From Phoronis australis (lineage: Eukaryota > Animalia > Phoronida), in NCBI GenBank assembly GCA_002633005.1, contig NMRA01000098.1, forward strand, positions 636,141-700,140: 64,000 nt of DNA. Direction: 5' to 3'. Position 1 is the first letter of the stretch. Every line of letters starts with the position of its first letter. Under the pieces are notes generated by a model that searched no databases, was not told the DNA's origin, and saw nothing but the letters and a program-made list of their open reading frames with translations. Below, piece after piece: positions 12,589 to 27,500 of this stretch. Position numbers and translations under genes: made by a program.

Positions 12589-15500
12589 CTGGGTTTAGAA
12601 AGAACTGCTGACAGTATGTGAGTGCTCGACACTAGGCTCGTTACATGAAGTGACACGCCGTGACAAGCCTCAACTCGAGCACCAACACCAAACATTCCGT
12701 TGGTTTGAAGCCCTGTAATCACCTCCAATTTGACTAAGGAACAATTTGAGACCAATTTCATGTGTTCTAAATCAGATTTTTTTTTGCAATGAAAGGCAGG
12801 TTTATTGCCGCCTTAACTGTCATACGTACGTTCCGAAACTTTCACCATCAGTCAACGTTTCCGGTAGACGCATTCGGTTTGTTTCTGGTAACAGAACACC
12901 CAGAATACCAGCCACTAAGGGAAGCGACCCCATCAGGACGGAAGAGAAACCAAACCAAACATACTTGTCCTACAGCGAGTAACACAATCTTCATAGTCGG
13001 ATGATGAACAAGAGCAACGCTGAGCGTTGAAATGCGCCCACGCCTTCACCGCAAAGGGTGTGCTTCTTAGGGGCGTTTATTAGTACGATAAAAATGGTAA
13101 TTAGACGGCACAGAATACATTAAACATTGTAAGGTGTCGTCTCTCAAAACTATTTGCCATACTTCATGAAAATATGTCTAAAAACTCTAAATATACAAAG
13201 ACAAATGAAAAAAAAATGCCATGAGGAACCACAACAGTAGTCGATTCCGTCCATCTGTTGTCAAGTCAACAGGTGCAAATGCAAAGTTTCAACAGCATTT
13301 TGCAAGGGGTTTAGAAGATACAGCCGAAAATCCACGTAAGTCATGCTCTTGTTGGTTGAAACACATCTGCCAATTTCCATAATGACCCTCTGCGCGGTTT
13401 GGCAGATACAGAAGCAGACGTCAAAAACAGACTCAAAAGTAATTAAAATAGTCACAAGTTGGTGTAGAATACATGTACGTCGAATACATCACAGAATGAA
13501 AATGTGATGTCGTCTTCATACTAGAAACTTGTTTTCAAAATTTTCTGAAAACGTATCAAGGAACTCTGAACTTACAGAGACAAATGTAACAAGAGTAACG
13601 CGGAGATCATGAAAAGGAATGAAATGGCTTTAGTTGAAATGTAAAAAACATTTTGAACTAAAACCTTATTTCTGAAAGAGCAAATCGCTGTTAATAATCC
13701 CTTTCATGAATTTTTGCTTTTTATGTTATAATTTTTGTTAAAACAGTATTCCGTCATTGACGGACAAAAATCATCTAAAAACGCAAACATGTATAAGTTA
13801 CTTTTCTCAATTTACAGAAACTTGGAACAAAGCAGAAGGGATACTTCCTTTTTAAGTAGTTATTTTTTATACTTTGAATGTTATTCCGGGAATATGAAGC
13901 CTATAGACCCTTCATATTGTTTCTTACTAGATGTATAAGCTGAGGCGCGAGAAGGCTTCCCACTCTGGCGCATGTGGACCCCGTACCAAGGGCAACGTTG
14001 CGAACCACAGTGGGGAATAACTCGGCGGTAAACACGTAGACTACAGCGAAAGCAGCGCTACTCCCAAACTTTCCGATGTTTGACAACACAACTACATACG
14101 TCTGGAGTCCTGAAAAATGTGAAATCTCGCAGTCACACAATTCGCAAGACGTTGGAAAAAAATGAAATGTGCAATCTTCCGGCTTTGAACTTTTATAGAA
14201 TGATCAGCAACAAAAATATTTAAAAAGTGTTAAAATCGCTCAATAAACGAAGCAAACAAAAGTAGAAAATTGAGAAGCACTGCTAGGAAGAAATAAAAGT
14301 TTATTTTACCTGGATTATTTAGCCCAGGTATTGAAGCTAGCAAAGAGATCCCGGCCAGAAAAGATGTTGCCAACAGAATCCATCGACGACCAAACCGGTT
14401 GAGAACGAAACACACCATAATGCATGCTGGGATTTCCATCAAGGCGTTGATCACTGTGTTGACGTATACATTGCCACCGAGCGAGCCCGTGTTGTAGGAC
14501 AAACCATAGTAGACAAAACTGCAAACAAACCTGGAAACCGCGAGCTGTTTACACAAAGAGTACGTCGAAAGAATGTGGCGTAATTGTCAAGCCATTGTTG
14601 TAATCGTCAACGTCACTCGCTCACCGTGTTACCATCACCGCTTCCACCATCATCACCACCACCATCACCAAGACAATCACCACCCCCAACAATATCACTA
14701 CCATGATCACCACCAACACCACTACCACACCATCCTCACCAACACCATCGCCATTACCATCACCACAAAAATCAGTGCCATCACCACCACCACGATCACC
14801 ACCAACACTACTGCCACCACCACTACCACCACCATCATGATTACGACCACTACCAACACCGCAATCATCATGATCACAATCACCACCCCACCGCCATCAT
14901 CAAGAGCATTATCATCATCATGAAGTTCGTGATCGTCATCACTATCACCATCCTTACCAACGTCATCACCACCACTCATCCGTATAACTATCACCATCAC
15001 CGTCGTCACGATCACTGGCCACCAGCGCAAACTTACTGTTGTTACGACATCACCAAGTCGGGCCATCACAATCGTTGATCACCATAAACCCAGTCATTTC
15101 CAAGTGAGCTGCGTCATGCTGCTATCATTACAATTTTATGCAATATGGTGATTTGGATATTATGGTCTTGTACATCTTCTGCACACGAAAACGTATATAC
15201 CGTATTCACGCAGTCGCCATTTTCAAAGTGAGCCACTTTTTAGGTTTTAAAAACAATGCATTTTGCGCTTAAATACAGCGCAAGGCACGATTGTTTTCGC
15301 ATAACTCGTTATATTCATGTCTCAAATGCATTGTTTTTTAATTATAAGAAGAAGCTCACTACTAAAATGGCGATTGCTTGAATAGTCTATGTGAGTACTC
15401 GAATAACCTACCCTGGAAGCCAACAAAAGTTGTGACATTATGTGTGGCTATTACAAATCAGCGCGTTGATATGTTGTTAAGTAAGATTTATTAGTCTTCT

Positions 15501-18500
15501 CACACGTGACATGTCGCTCACATGATGTGATCAGTTAAGTCTGATAAGATCTCTGTCACTATCAACAGGGGCTTTCTACTTACCAAGGAGACGCTCTAGT
15601 CCACCGAGCTATCGGGATCAAATGTTGATTACAGAAATCCAATCGGACATACAGGAGGCATGTTACTCAAACTTGGAGTGCATATACATGTACACAAGGA
15701 GAACACCAATTCTTACTTACATCATGCAGTTAAAAATATGTCCCCCTGGTGGATTATTGGAGAAATACGGTTGAAAAAGTTGGCGTGAACTCTGCCAAAA
15801 TACTTAGTTACACCCCCTCCCCTCTTGGAGATATGAAGTAGCAGAATCAAGAGCTTGCGAGGGTCCGTAAAGTCACGTGGATACGTCGCTACGGGTAGTG
15901 TATTTCCCTTAAAAGTAGTTTTCTGACATGCTCGTCCAGTGACCAAGACAACCTTCTAAACAGTATTTTCGTTAATCCTGCGTTTCTATGATGACACATA
16001 CCAGCAAAACGACATTATTAGCAATCGTGTCCTCATTCGTGGACGGCCAAGGATGTTCAGCAACGTTGCTCTTTCGTTATGTTCGATGTCGTACTTTTCC
16101 TGAAATAGTTCAAAATCGACAGTGTACTTTAGGACTCTGTTCAGTCAAACACAGTTCAGAGCAAAGGGACATGTTACCTCTCCATCTTCGCACATATTTA
16201 ATTTAATATTCCTACATGTAGGCGAATAGTACCACTCAGCACCATCTGATTAGGGTCACTTGGTGGTAGCATAGTCCCGCTCATCGTCATCCTTATAAAT
16301 ATGAATACATTGTATGCTAATCAACACCTTTTTGCCGAAGTCAGAGCCACCACAATGAATGTTGTCCTCTTCATCGCTTGTCATCACCGTCGTTACAATC
16401 CATCACCAGTATAGCAACCAGTTGTCAGTGGCATTGATGTATGCATGCAAGAAGGCTATTCTATATGAAACACAAAGCAATACACAATCCGTACTCATGA
16501 AAAAGTGTGAGTGCTTCAGCTATTTATCGCATGACCGAATGAGCTGAAAAAGTTGCACAAAACAATGATGTCCGTGATGAAGTGAATCTAATGTGTGTCA
16601 GAATAAATATTGATTAAGTAATTAGTAAGAATAGATCCATTTTAAGTTGCCCAAAATTTGTGCATATGTACTTTTAAATCATGGGGTCAGACTTGTTGAC
16701 ATGTATTTTAACGTCAAAATCTATTTTTAGATGGTGTTTACAACTTTGGGTTCTGGGGTCAAAGTACTCTAGAGATTCTAGAATGTTCTGAGAACAAATT
16801 GTAACAGCCAATAATACGAGTGGATATGATCATGTGGTTTTTATTAGCCAATCACTAAATAAGTAGAATGTTATATTATGGGCTGAAATCAGCAAGATAA
16901 TCAGATGCGCTATAGTAGTTGAAGCGTAAGGACTTGCTACAGTGTACAGAAGCAGTTGTACGACAGAGCCATCTCGTGGAAGATTCTAGAAAGGCATCTT
17001 GGCAAGGGCAAGGGTTAACGAACCGGAAGTTAACTAAGAGCTTGTCACTTGCATTGTGGGTAGTAAGATACTACCTGAAGTGTTGCGTCATCAGCCAGAG
17101 ACTGTGACCAGCAAGAAGAGTCGCGGGTAGAAGAAATTGCCTGCAAGTGTTGAATCACCAAAGACGGTGACCAGCAAGTACACTGTCGCTATACAGTGTG
17201 TGTAGTTCGAAGATTCACCAACAGGACAGACATCCAACAAGTGGAGAGTCCTAGCTTGGATAGCAGATAAGACATTTGATCGTTTGGTTGTTTGATTAAA
17301 GTAATCGTTAAAGAGGGCGCTAGCGTAGTTTCTCTTTGTAGTTGATTGCTTAATTAACAATAGGTTTCATTTGTCTAATTAGGGGTTATCATATAATAAA
17401 TTAATTACTGGATTTGATTATTCACTCTCCATCTACGCACAACTTTAAAGCATAGCTACCTTTTAAACAAACCCACACAGACAATCGTCTGACAATGCGT
17501 TTTCGGCTTCTTGCAACATAAGCTCATTAGTGCACTTGATTTATTCCGACGGTTGATTGGTCTGTAAGCCGGAAGTCGTCATCCAGAACCAATCAAATGT
17601 CTTAGCCGGCTGGCCAGGGGAACCGGCGAAGTGAATCAAGTGCAGCCATAGTATTAGTCGAAGTCATCTGGTTACATAGCCTGCTAACAATTCTTGTCCG
17701 TTAAACGGTTGATTAGATTATTGATACAATTCAATACCTTTAAGACTGATTCATTAAGAGAACATTTTTTCTTTTTGCTATGTTACCTTTTTGTAAAACT
17801 TCTGCAGCTCTGTTGGGAATGGTTTGTTATTTCTTTTCGCTATGGTTCTCATTATAACTTCCGCTTCCGCTGGCCTATTTTCAGCGTAAAGCCAACGAGG
17901 AGATTCAGGGACCAACCTGAAATCAATATCATAACCACAAAATCGGAATTACAGAGCGAGTGGATGAACACCAAATAGGTTTTACAGACAGTGGCAATTT
18001 TGTATCAGTCTCACAAAACACCCAAACAACAATAGTAGTGTGGACCAAGAGATTAGTGGAAATTGTATTAATTCACTATTGCAAGAAACTGGATCAAAAA
18101 CATTTACGCTTTGTAATGCGCTGCGTGGCCCAGGCCTACGTTACTTGTACAACTAATCGCCCAGTTCAAGCCTCCAGCGCATACTCGGTGCCGTGCAAGC
18201 TGAAAATACAGCAAGGTTCCTAATTGTACTGCCTTCCGAAAGTTCCGTTGACTAGCTGTGATGGGTGTCGATTCAATGCTGTACGTCTGTTACGAACTAA
18301 CAACGCAGTACATGCGGATAGTGAGATTTTAAATGCATTGCCCTTACCCAGCGGAAGTTAACATGGAGTCATAGAATAGAATTATTTGTTTTAGTGAGGG
18401 GACCAATCTGTCCCCTTGTCAGTAAGGACCAGGCCTCGTTACTAAATTATTCGACATCCTTTCTAAGACTAATCATGAGCAAGAATAAATTGAAGCCGTC

Positions 18501-21500
18501 TAGTCTTATGTTATGGCACTAGTCGGTAGACGCGAGTGTAGTCCTCATATTTGAAGTGTAGTTAAAGATTCATGCTAGTGCAGCTCCATTAATATCAAAT
18601 TCATTCCCGGTGAAAGCGGGAAGCCTGTATTGAACTGACTGACAAGTTAACTCAGATACCTAGTTCTAGTTAACGATTTTGGCCTTTGATGCCTCGGAGT
18701 TTACAATTTGAACACCTCAAAGCCACTATACATCAAGTTCTCGTGTCAAATACGACCTTCTTCACGAGCGTACTTGTTCATGTAGAAAAGCGTAAAATGT
18801 TGCGTTTTTATCATTTACTTGAACTGAAATTGGTGACATTAAAATGACTGAATTTTCTGAGGCGGCCACGTTTCATGATGAATCGTCAATAACAAAGTCG
18901 CGGCCACTCTTACGAAAAGGCTGTGGTTTAAAATTATCTCACCAGATATAGCTTAGCAGAAAAACAGTAGGCATCGCCACCGCCAGTTGGAGGAAAAAAT
19001 GATCCCTCACGAAGTAGGCAATTCCACACAGGATAGCAAAACCGGCGGCAAACCAACATGCGACCAGTGCACCCAAGTACATCCGGTATTTCACACCAGC
19101 TATTTCCATAACTGAAAGAACAAGAACAACGCAGGGCGTTGAAATGCGGCCACCAATGTATGGCGAAGGTGTGCTTCTAGGGGTGTTTATTTGGAACATA
19201 ACAATGGCCTCTAAATGGCGCAAAATACGTCGAATACATCTGAAAACTGGTATGTGTCATCAAAGCTATTTACCAAATTTCATAGAAATCCGTCAAGGAA
19301 CTTCTGAGAAACCGAGAAGAACGAAAAAAAAATGAAATTGCCACTAGGAGGCTACAGGTGCAAAAACATAACTGCCACTAAGCGGCGCCACAGTAGATGA
19401 AGTCGTAGGAAAATCCTCGTCAGACGTCCTCTTCACAGTAGAAACATTCATGCCAATTTCCAAAACGCTCCATAGAGTGGATTGGTTGACAGAGGGGCAG
19501 ACGCCAAATAACAAGACTCGAAAACAGTAAAAAATGGCCATAGAGGCGCACAATACCACAAGCTAAAACAAAAACCGGAGGATAGCGTCAACTCACAAAT
19601 AGAAGCCTATCTGCCAAATTTTATGAAAATCGGCAAAGGACCTTTGAAGATACAAAGGTAAACGTAACAAACTAAAATTGCCACTAGGGGGCACACCAGT
19701 AGTCCGATCCGTCGGAAAGTCGTCGTCCTCTGTTGTCAACTTTATATAAATACACTAGCAAAGTTCAACAACGATCCTGTTGAGCGTTTAGGAGATACAG
19801 CCATGAGCGCAAAAAACAAACAAAACTGCCACTAAGAGGCACAACATTAGTCCAAGTCGTCGGAAAATCATCGTCAGCAGCCCTCTTCACAGTAAGAACA
19901 TATATGTCAATTTTCAAAATCATACCTAGTACAGCAGTTTGGTTGATGGAAGGGCGGACGCCAAAAACAGACTAGAAAACATTAAAAATGGCCACTAGGT
20001 GGCGCAAAGTACTTCGAATCCGTCCGAAAACGGGAGGATAGCATCACCTCACTAATAGATGCCTAACTGCCAAATTTTATGAAAATCCGTTGAGGACCTC
20101 CGAAGATACAGAGGTAAGCGTAAAAAACTAAAATTGCCACTAGGGGTCACACCGGTAGTCGGAGAGGTACGAAACCCGTCGTCGTCCTTCGTCAGCTTCA
20201 TAGAAACACATCTGCCAAATCTCACCAAGATCCTGTGAGTGGTATAGGATATACAGCTGCGGACGCCGGACCCCCGGACAGAGATGATAGCAATATGCGA
20301 CCCGACATACAAATATGTGGGAGCATAAAAATCATTCTGCGCTCCGACCAGCTTCGGGGGTTTAAAAANNNNNNNNNNNNNNNNNNNNNNNNNNNNNNNN
20401 NNNNNNNNNNNNNNNNNNNNNNNNNNNNNNNNNNNNNNNNNNNNNNNNNNNNNNNNNNNNNNNNNNNNNNNNNNNNNNNNNNNNNNNNNNNNNNNNNNNN
20501 NNNNNNNNNNNNNNNNNNNNNNNNNNNNNNNNNNNNNNNNNNNNNNNNNNNNNNNNNNNNNNNNNNNNNNNNNNNNNNNNNNNNNNNNNNNNNNNNNNNN
20601 NNNNNNNNNNNNNNNNNNNNNNNNNNNNNNNNNNNNNNNNNNNNNNNNNNNNNNNNNNNNNNNNNNNNNNNNNNNNNNNNNNNNNNNNNNNNNNNNNNNN
20701 NNNNNNNNNNNNNNNNNNNNNNNNNNNNNNNNNNNNNGGGGGAGGGAAGATGGGGCGGAGCCAGGAGGGAAGGCGGGAAGGGGGGAGGGCGGGAGGGAAG
20801 GCAGAAGGGATCGGTGGATGGATGGAGGAAGGAGGGATGGAGGGGAAAGGGAGGGAAGGCGAGAAAAATATATTTGATTCAGAATAAAAGACAAGAGTAA
20901 ATGGAAGGAAATAAACCACATATACAAACACAAAAATTTGCTGACGTGGCATTTTCACTTAAACAAGAACAAGCTCAATTCTGCGTTCAGATTGGTCTTA
21001 CTTAAAACGAACGACACCGTTATACACCCTGCAGTCGCGTTGCCAGCGAGAAACCGCAGAATCACGAATGGCACATAGTGTCCGTACTGTGACGTCAGCG
21101 CTGCAGACAGGGACGAAAGAATTTGCAGGACTATCGACGCCAGTAGAGCCTTTTTACGACCATATCTAGAACAGTAGCATTGTTCACAGTTATGTTTTTT
21201 ATTTATACAAATTATAGTTTGCTCTTTAATATACCTGAAATACCTGACAGTAAACGCATAAATGCGTGAAGGTAGGTTACATTTCTGTAATTTAGGAAAT
21301 ATTCTCGTTTTCATGTTTTTCGATTGATAGAATTCATTCTGTATTCCAAAGTGGGAAGTTATTCAAAGCCCCAAAAAACTTTCAAGGAATCATTTCCTAA
21401 TCATAAATACTTACAGAACCAGACTGACTCCACATATTTCGTAACATGTTAACTCTTTCATTCAAATACTGTTTCAAAATTTCCATCTCTATGATATATA

Positions 21501-24500
21501 TGCGCGCACGCGCTCAAGGAAGTCGGACTGGGTGCAGCTTTTAAATCGCCATTGTTTTACATACAACAAAGCTCAAAGGTCACGTTTTCCATATAAGGGA
21601 AATGTGCTTGGTCTATGCCTTGTTATACAGAATAAGCACTGACGTAGAAAAGAGCAAATATGTTTCAACATGAAAATAAGTTACGGAAGCAGAGAGGAGC
21701 TGGAACCACCGCAAACCAAAATTCAAATACATACAAAATAAACTGACAATGTCAAATATTGTTTCAATTGCAAACTCAGAGGTGTGATGTCCATTTTGAA
21801 GATAATTCAAAAGCTGTTGGGAATTAAAAAAAATGATTTAATGACCAATACACTTACATGTCTGATATGGTCCCAAACGTAACAGCACCTGTCAAAAATC
21901 CCGTCATGTAGATGGACGATGCGAGAGCCACTAGATATTCTTTATTGCAAACTAAATCCCACTGAAAAAATCAATACACAATGCCAAGAAATTTACACTT
22001 CTGTAAAAGTCCATTTTATCTTTTAACATTCAGAATTAAAATTTTTAAAACAATCGACTAACGATACCGTCATTTTGTGTTTAATCCAGTTATTTTGTAT
22101 TCTTGGGGACCTTATCGATAAGCTCGTGTATGAAAACTAAAAACATTTTTTACTAGAAGTAGAAAATCTGTAGAATTTACTTTTCACTTTATAGCATTCT
22201 TTCATGGACTGGATCACGTGAAATTTAGCAAAAAAGAAAGGAACTTTCCAAGTCAAACAACAACATCAATAATATGACGAAATTAATTTTGTTTGATCGT
22301 GATAAATCTTCAAGAAGAGACCTTAAAAATCACGATTGTAAGTTTTCTAAACTATCATAATTAATTTCCGTTTTATGCAATTTATATAATTTTTTTCAGA
22401 CAAAAAAAAGTTAAACATAAAATATTTGATAACAGCTCCTGCAATAGTGGATCATTTAATAACAATTCTATAAAGTGTTTTAGAGAGCAACGCATAAAGC
22501 ATAGTAGCTGAAAGTTTCATTTGAATCCAATCAGCCAATGCTGCGATACGATATTCCGAAGTTGGCCAAGTATGAACATTTTTCTAGGTTCATACATTGC
22601 TTTAAGTTGTAACCGAGGTACACGTATAAGAAATGCATGCGTTCCTGAAGCTCAAGCGAACCACAGGACTGGATCAAGATTCAATCGCCTTTGCATGAAG
22701 AATGTTTGAGAGAAGACACGGGTTAGTCGGTAAAGAGGAGGTTTCAGAAAAGTGTCTATCGACCGTTTTACAAGCAATTACCATAATGCTAACATTCTGG
22801 ACAACCAAGTGCGATCACCAATGGGCTAACACAGTATAACCACCAGTTACGTTATCGCAATGTAGTCTGACCATGTTAAAAAGGCAGATTCAGCTGTCCG
22901 ATTTTGGGGCCGTTCAAGTGCGATTTTTTAAGACAGTGAAATAATGTCTTAGACGCATAAATATGTCTTCGTTGACGATTTGGACCAATGTCTTTTAAAA
23001 GTTTGTAATGACGTCTACATCGAGCTAAAGAACGGCCACGGATTACACACCACACTTGAATCGCGCGGCGGTTACCCAGCGACGCTGCAACATCCGTTTT
23101 TGCGCCATGGGCGCTTCTCATGTTACTTGTTGGTGCCTTGCTTTTCATTGTTTTCGACTGTATTCCCTGCAGGCTTATTCAACCTTCCAATACACGGGCG
23201 AGGTGTAACTGCTGTGCTGTAGGTTTCAACTCCTGTGACAGAAAGTGGGGTAAACTTGAGAAGTATTCCGTTGATGCGATATTTTCCGAGAGGATTCCTA
23301 TAATGAGTCCGACATTTCTAAAACGAAGACAGTGAAACAACGCGTTTTCCTATCTCCAGGACAAAGGACCGTCTATTAGCAACAGCTTCATAAAGCACGT
23401 TCATTTGAAACTGTTTTATACCGTAGAGACACAAAACATGGCTGAGTATTGACCCTCAAGGTTTTAGGTTTTCACTCTCAAACATATGGGTGTGTGTATG
23501 GCTAGAGAATAAAGTTCGTTATTTCATGCGCACAAGCTGAAAACCCGCACGGTTGATCGTGATAGCTCATTTTATGAACCGAGCGCAATCTCCAGCACAC
23601 ACAAATTGGCAGTTCAAAGCCCCGTAGAAACCACTTCTCAACTGATAAGGCAGGCCCAGGAACAACTTGAGACTAGTTTTATAGTAGTAGTCGATCTGAA
23701 TCGAAAATCAAATATTTATACAGAGTGTACGTCTTCAAGCCGGGTAACGGGAGTGACAAGGGTATACAGCACTTACGCTTGCCGGAATCTGTCACAGATT
23801 CTCGAAAAAACGTTTTAATTTTCACTGAATATACCCACTTTGATGTTAACTACCTATGGAATGATTCTCGAAAAAAGGCTCTGATGTGAGCATACAAGCT
23901 TGAACTCTAGTAAATCAATGAGTGGGCCTTGCTTGCTTATTGCGGGTGTGCAGGTATGTTTGACCTGAAATCATTCATTGAGTTCATACTCAAGTCACGG
24001 GGCATCTTCGTCTGACTAATTAATGTCTTGAATACAGTTCAGTTTTTAAGGGTCATTTTCATATCAGTTTTACTCACTGTAGCAGTGATTTTGCCCCTCT
24101 TTATTTTTCCACGTCTGTCTTTCCAGAGACTACATTTTTGTTCTATTTTCGCTGTTACATCATGCAGTTACTTACGGCGTAAATGTCGTGATTAACTTCC
24201 GTCGAGAGAGACAAAATGGGGTAAACTCTTTGTGTTATGGTGCACAAATATTGGGCTTCAGTTGGAAATTGTATGCATCAAGTTCTGTAAACGTGTTTTA
24301 GAACTAACAGGTTTGTTTAAGTGACTTTCAAAAAATCACTCGTATCTGTGAAGCTTAGTGTATGGGTGTGTGCGTGCGTGCGTTCGTGCGTGCGTGCGTG
24401 CGTGTGTGTGTGTGTGTGTATTTGTGTTCGCATAAAATAATTTACTGTTTTCAACTGTTTTTTTAATAATTCATTTGTACAATGTTTACATGTTGCCCAC

Positions 24501-27500
24501 ATAGTTTTTTGTTAGTTCGATTTCTAAGCAATGAATTTTATCTGTAGTGTGAAATAAAATTTAAAAAATGAAAGGTTTACCTGTAAAAAATCTAATCCAA
24601 TACATGTACTTTGCGTTGCTGAGAACGAATTCAGGGTGTACGATAGAATCATTACGCACGAGCATCGCATCTTACACATGAACCATTTACGAACTTATGA
24701 ATCATGCATACGAACCCATGAATCATGCATTCGAACCAAAAAATCACGCATACGAACGAAAATCATTTGCACGAACCACACAAATCACACATACAAACAC
24801 AAATAACGAGCATCCGAATCATATGCACAAGCCACCAACCGATAATAAGTATTCGTGCATGTGATTCGATGCTCGTATGTGTGATGTTGTGTTCGTATGT
24901 ATGATTTATGTGGTTCGTGCCCACGGTTTTTGTTCGTATGCGTGATTTTTTTTTGTTCGCATGCTGTATGATTCATGGGTTCATATGCATGATTCATAGG
25001 TTCTAAGAAGGTGCGTGCGTAAGATGCAATTCTCCTGGGTATGATTTTATGTTACCCCTGGCATTGTATTTGCCAATTTTCCCGCTCTTGCCGGACTATT
25101 TCACTTTACACTTTTCCCGCCATCCTGCCACACCATCAGCGAGTCCCCCACGGCGACATTGACATATCACATACTACTCTAATTTCAATGCCCTATTAGA
25201 CATTTACGGGTCCCGTAGAATAAGTGGAGGGGCGGGCCCGTAATCAAATGCTCATGCAACGATCATCTCAAAGCAACAGCAAAATATGAGTAATTTTAAC
25301 TTTTGAGACAGAAAGAAATTGAGACGGATTCTACATGTCGCGACAATGTGTCTATTGGGCAACTTTAGCTGTTGGTCGAACTCGACGGTTTTAGTGTATT
25401 TCACACGCTGCTAATCAAGGGACCCGCGCTTGTTCCAATTATAATATCAACAATGGTACCTTTGTCAAATAAATGCCTTTCGAGCAAATTTAAGCTTTGC
25501 ACATTTTGCTACTCTGTACCTTAAAAACGTCAATCAAACTGCAAATTCAATGAATTCTTATCGCCTTGGCGAGTCTCTGCACTGTTGAAAGCCAGTCTTT
25601 TTTATGTGCACGCTTGCGCTTTGAGTAGCAATACGACACTATAACATTGCTAACCCAGTGATGCCTCCTACCCTTGACCCTACAAATATTGAAAATGGCG
25701 GGGCCACACACAAACTTCCAAACCGAGGTCGCATCATCGGAGGCAGCGCTTCCAAAGGCGTAGAAACATGTGTACGTTCATGATACTGGTGCCTCCAAAA
25801 TGCTGTGAGGGCGGTGCCCCAAAAAGCGCGGAGCCCATAGAATGGGCAACTTCTCCTATGTTGCTAAACCGGAAACGGTAATTTTCCACGCAACATAGCA
25901 CTATTTTCCCGTTCGACTAAACAGAAAAAAACGGGACATTCCACGGGTTTTTACAGGCAACCGCAATTGCTTATTCGATTTAAAAAGCGCCATCGAGCGT
26001 TTTGAGTATATCGTCTCCCGTTCTAGAAAAAAAAACGGTCTCGGAACGCTTTTAATTTGTGTGTTGAGACGAACATTTCACCCTTGCGTTTTTGCGAAGA
26101 CGTCCATGTCCCGCTTGTTAGACGGAAGTCCCACTTTTCAATCCAGTTGTCCCGTATTTTTATTCTCGAATGTTGACAACTATGGAACAGGTTTTCCTTT
26201 GTCTTTTTGTCATGAATATTGTTATTTTCCAGAGTCCACTTTCTTTAGTAACATAGCAATCGTAAAAATGTGTTCAATGTCTCTTGTTTACAGTGACACA
26301 CGCTGCATGAATCAGAATCACTAATTTTTACTTTCTGAAGAAATTAGTATATTTACAAACTACTATGGAAAATCCTATGCTGCAACCTAAGTAAGGATAT
26401 ATCCACAGTACATTTCAAACCCACACAAGTAGTAGTAGTAATACACTTTATTCACTTTAAGTCAAAAACACAATAGATATTGGCCATTTTTTTCAATCAG
26501 AAAGCCTTTATCTGCAAATTTCGGATAAGTAGTCGGAATAATTAGTTTATCACATTTTTGTAAATGTCACTGGACCCTGAATTTTTCTGAAGAACTGCAT
26601 GAAACGGCACCCAAAGTGTATAAGTGTGGATGAATTCATGACTAAATTCTTCACAGGAAATGTGAGGGAGACATATATTCTAAAATCTTTGTCTTGAAAG
26701 GATAGAAATCATTTGAATCTTTGAAATTATTTCCCTGCTGGTTTCATTAATCATTTACATAACCTCTCTGGTTCATTTCCTTTTTTGTGATACTATTTCA
26801 CCCTTGATGTTTAGAATTAAAAATATTTTTGAACCTGTCAGGTGTAGGAAATGATGATTAATTATGAGGGAAATGACGATTAATTATGAATTATTTTTTT
26901 ATCGTTTGCTTCTTCTATAATCATACACCATCAAGAACTGATGAAGGGCTTTGTATTGACATGACTTTTAAGCAATTCGGTTGAAAAACGGCGGACTTGT
27001 GAAAAGTTCTAGTGACAGTAAATTCCAGCAATAACCAACACTGGCGAAACTAACGAATGCAAACAAATGTCACGCATACACGGAGCAACCTCACCAGCGC
27101 AAGATCGAAGTTGGCATTCCAGGGTTAGAGTTCAATTATGAAACGGATTTTAGGGTAAGTTAGTTCGGTCGAAACTTAAGGCCAAAAATGTACAGCTCCG
27201 AACGTACCCCCCACCTAAAATGGCCGCCGTAGTGAGACAGCTGACTTGTGCGTTATGGGTACTCACTCAACTGTAGTCAAATCTGATGGGGTCATCGTGG
27301 AAACCCCCGCCCATTTTTTTAAAAAATGATTGAAAAATTATTAGTAATTGAAGTAAGGCAAACATAAATAGGGCTTAAATTTATTAAATGAATATTTCGA
27401 CTGATGAAACTCATCATTTGCTCTGAATTGTGAATGTAAAGAAACGAGTATGTTTAACTAATGGACATGGGGTCAGCAGTGTCATAAAATAAAAGCTAGC

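Noticed and set aside
14573-15069. His/Thr-rich and Val-rich ORFs
   Set aside because: Low-complexity tract inside an SLC22 intron
15722-15946. Minus-strand ORF as an extra SLC22 exon
   Set aside because: No transporter similarity; exons 6 and 7 already join in phase
16565-17445. Possible solo LTR in an SLC22 intron
   Set aside because: TG...CA ends and AATAAA are suggestive, but I could not find a matching TSD or a second copy
20052-20958. Long ORFs of 198-293 aa
   Set aside because: Artefacts of reading through the N gap
24690-25000. CRISPR-like short repeat array
   Set aside because: Eukaryotic context, no unique spacers, no cas genes; the repeats are the mirrored arms of a MITE
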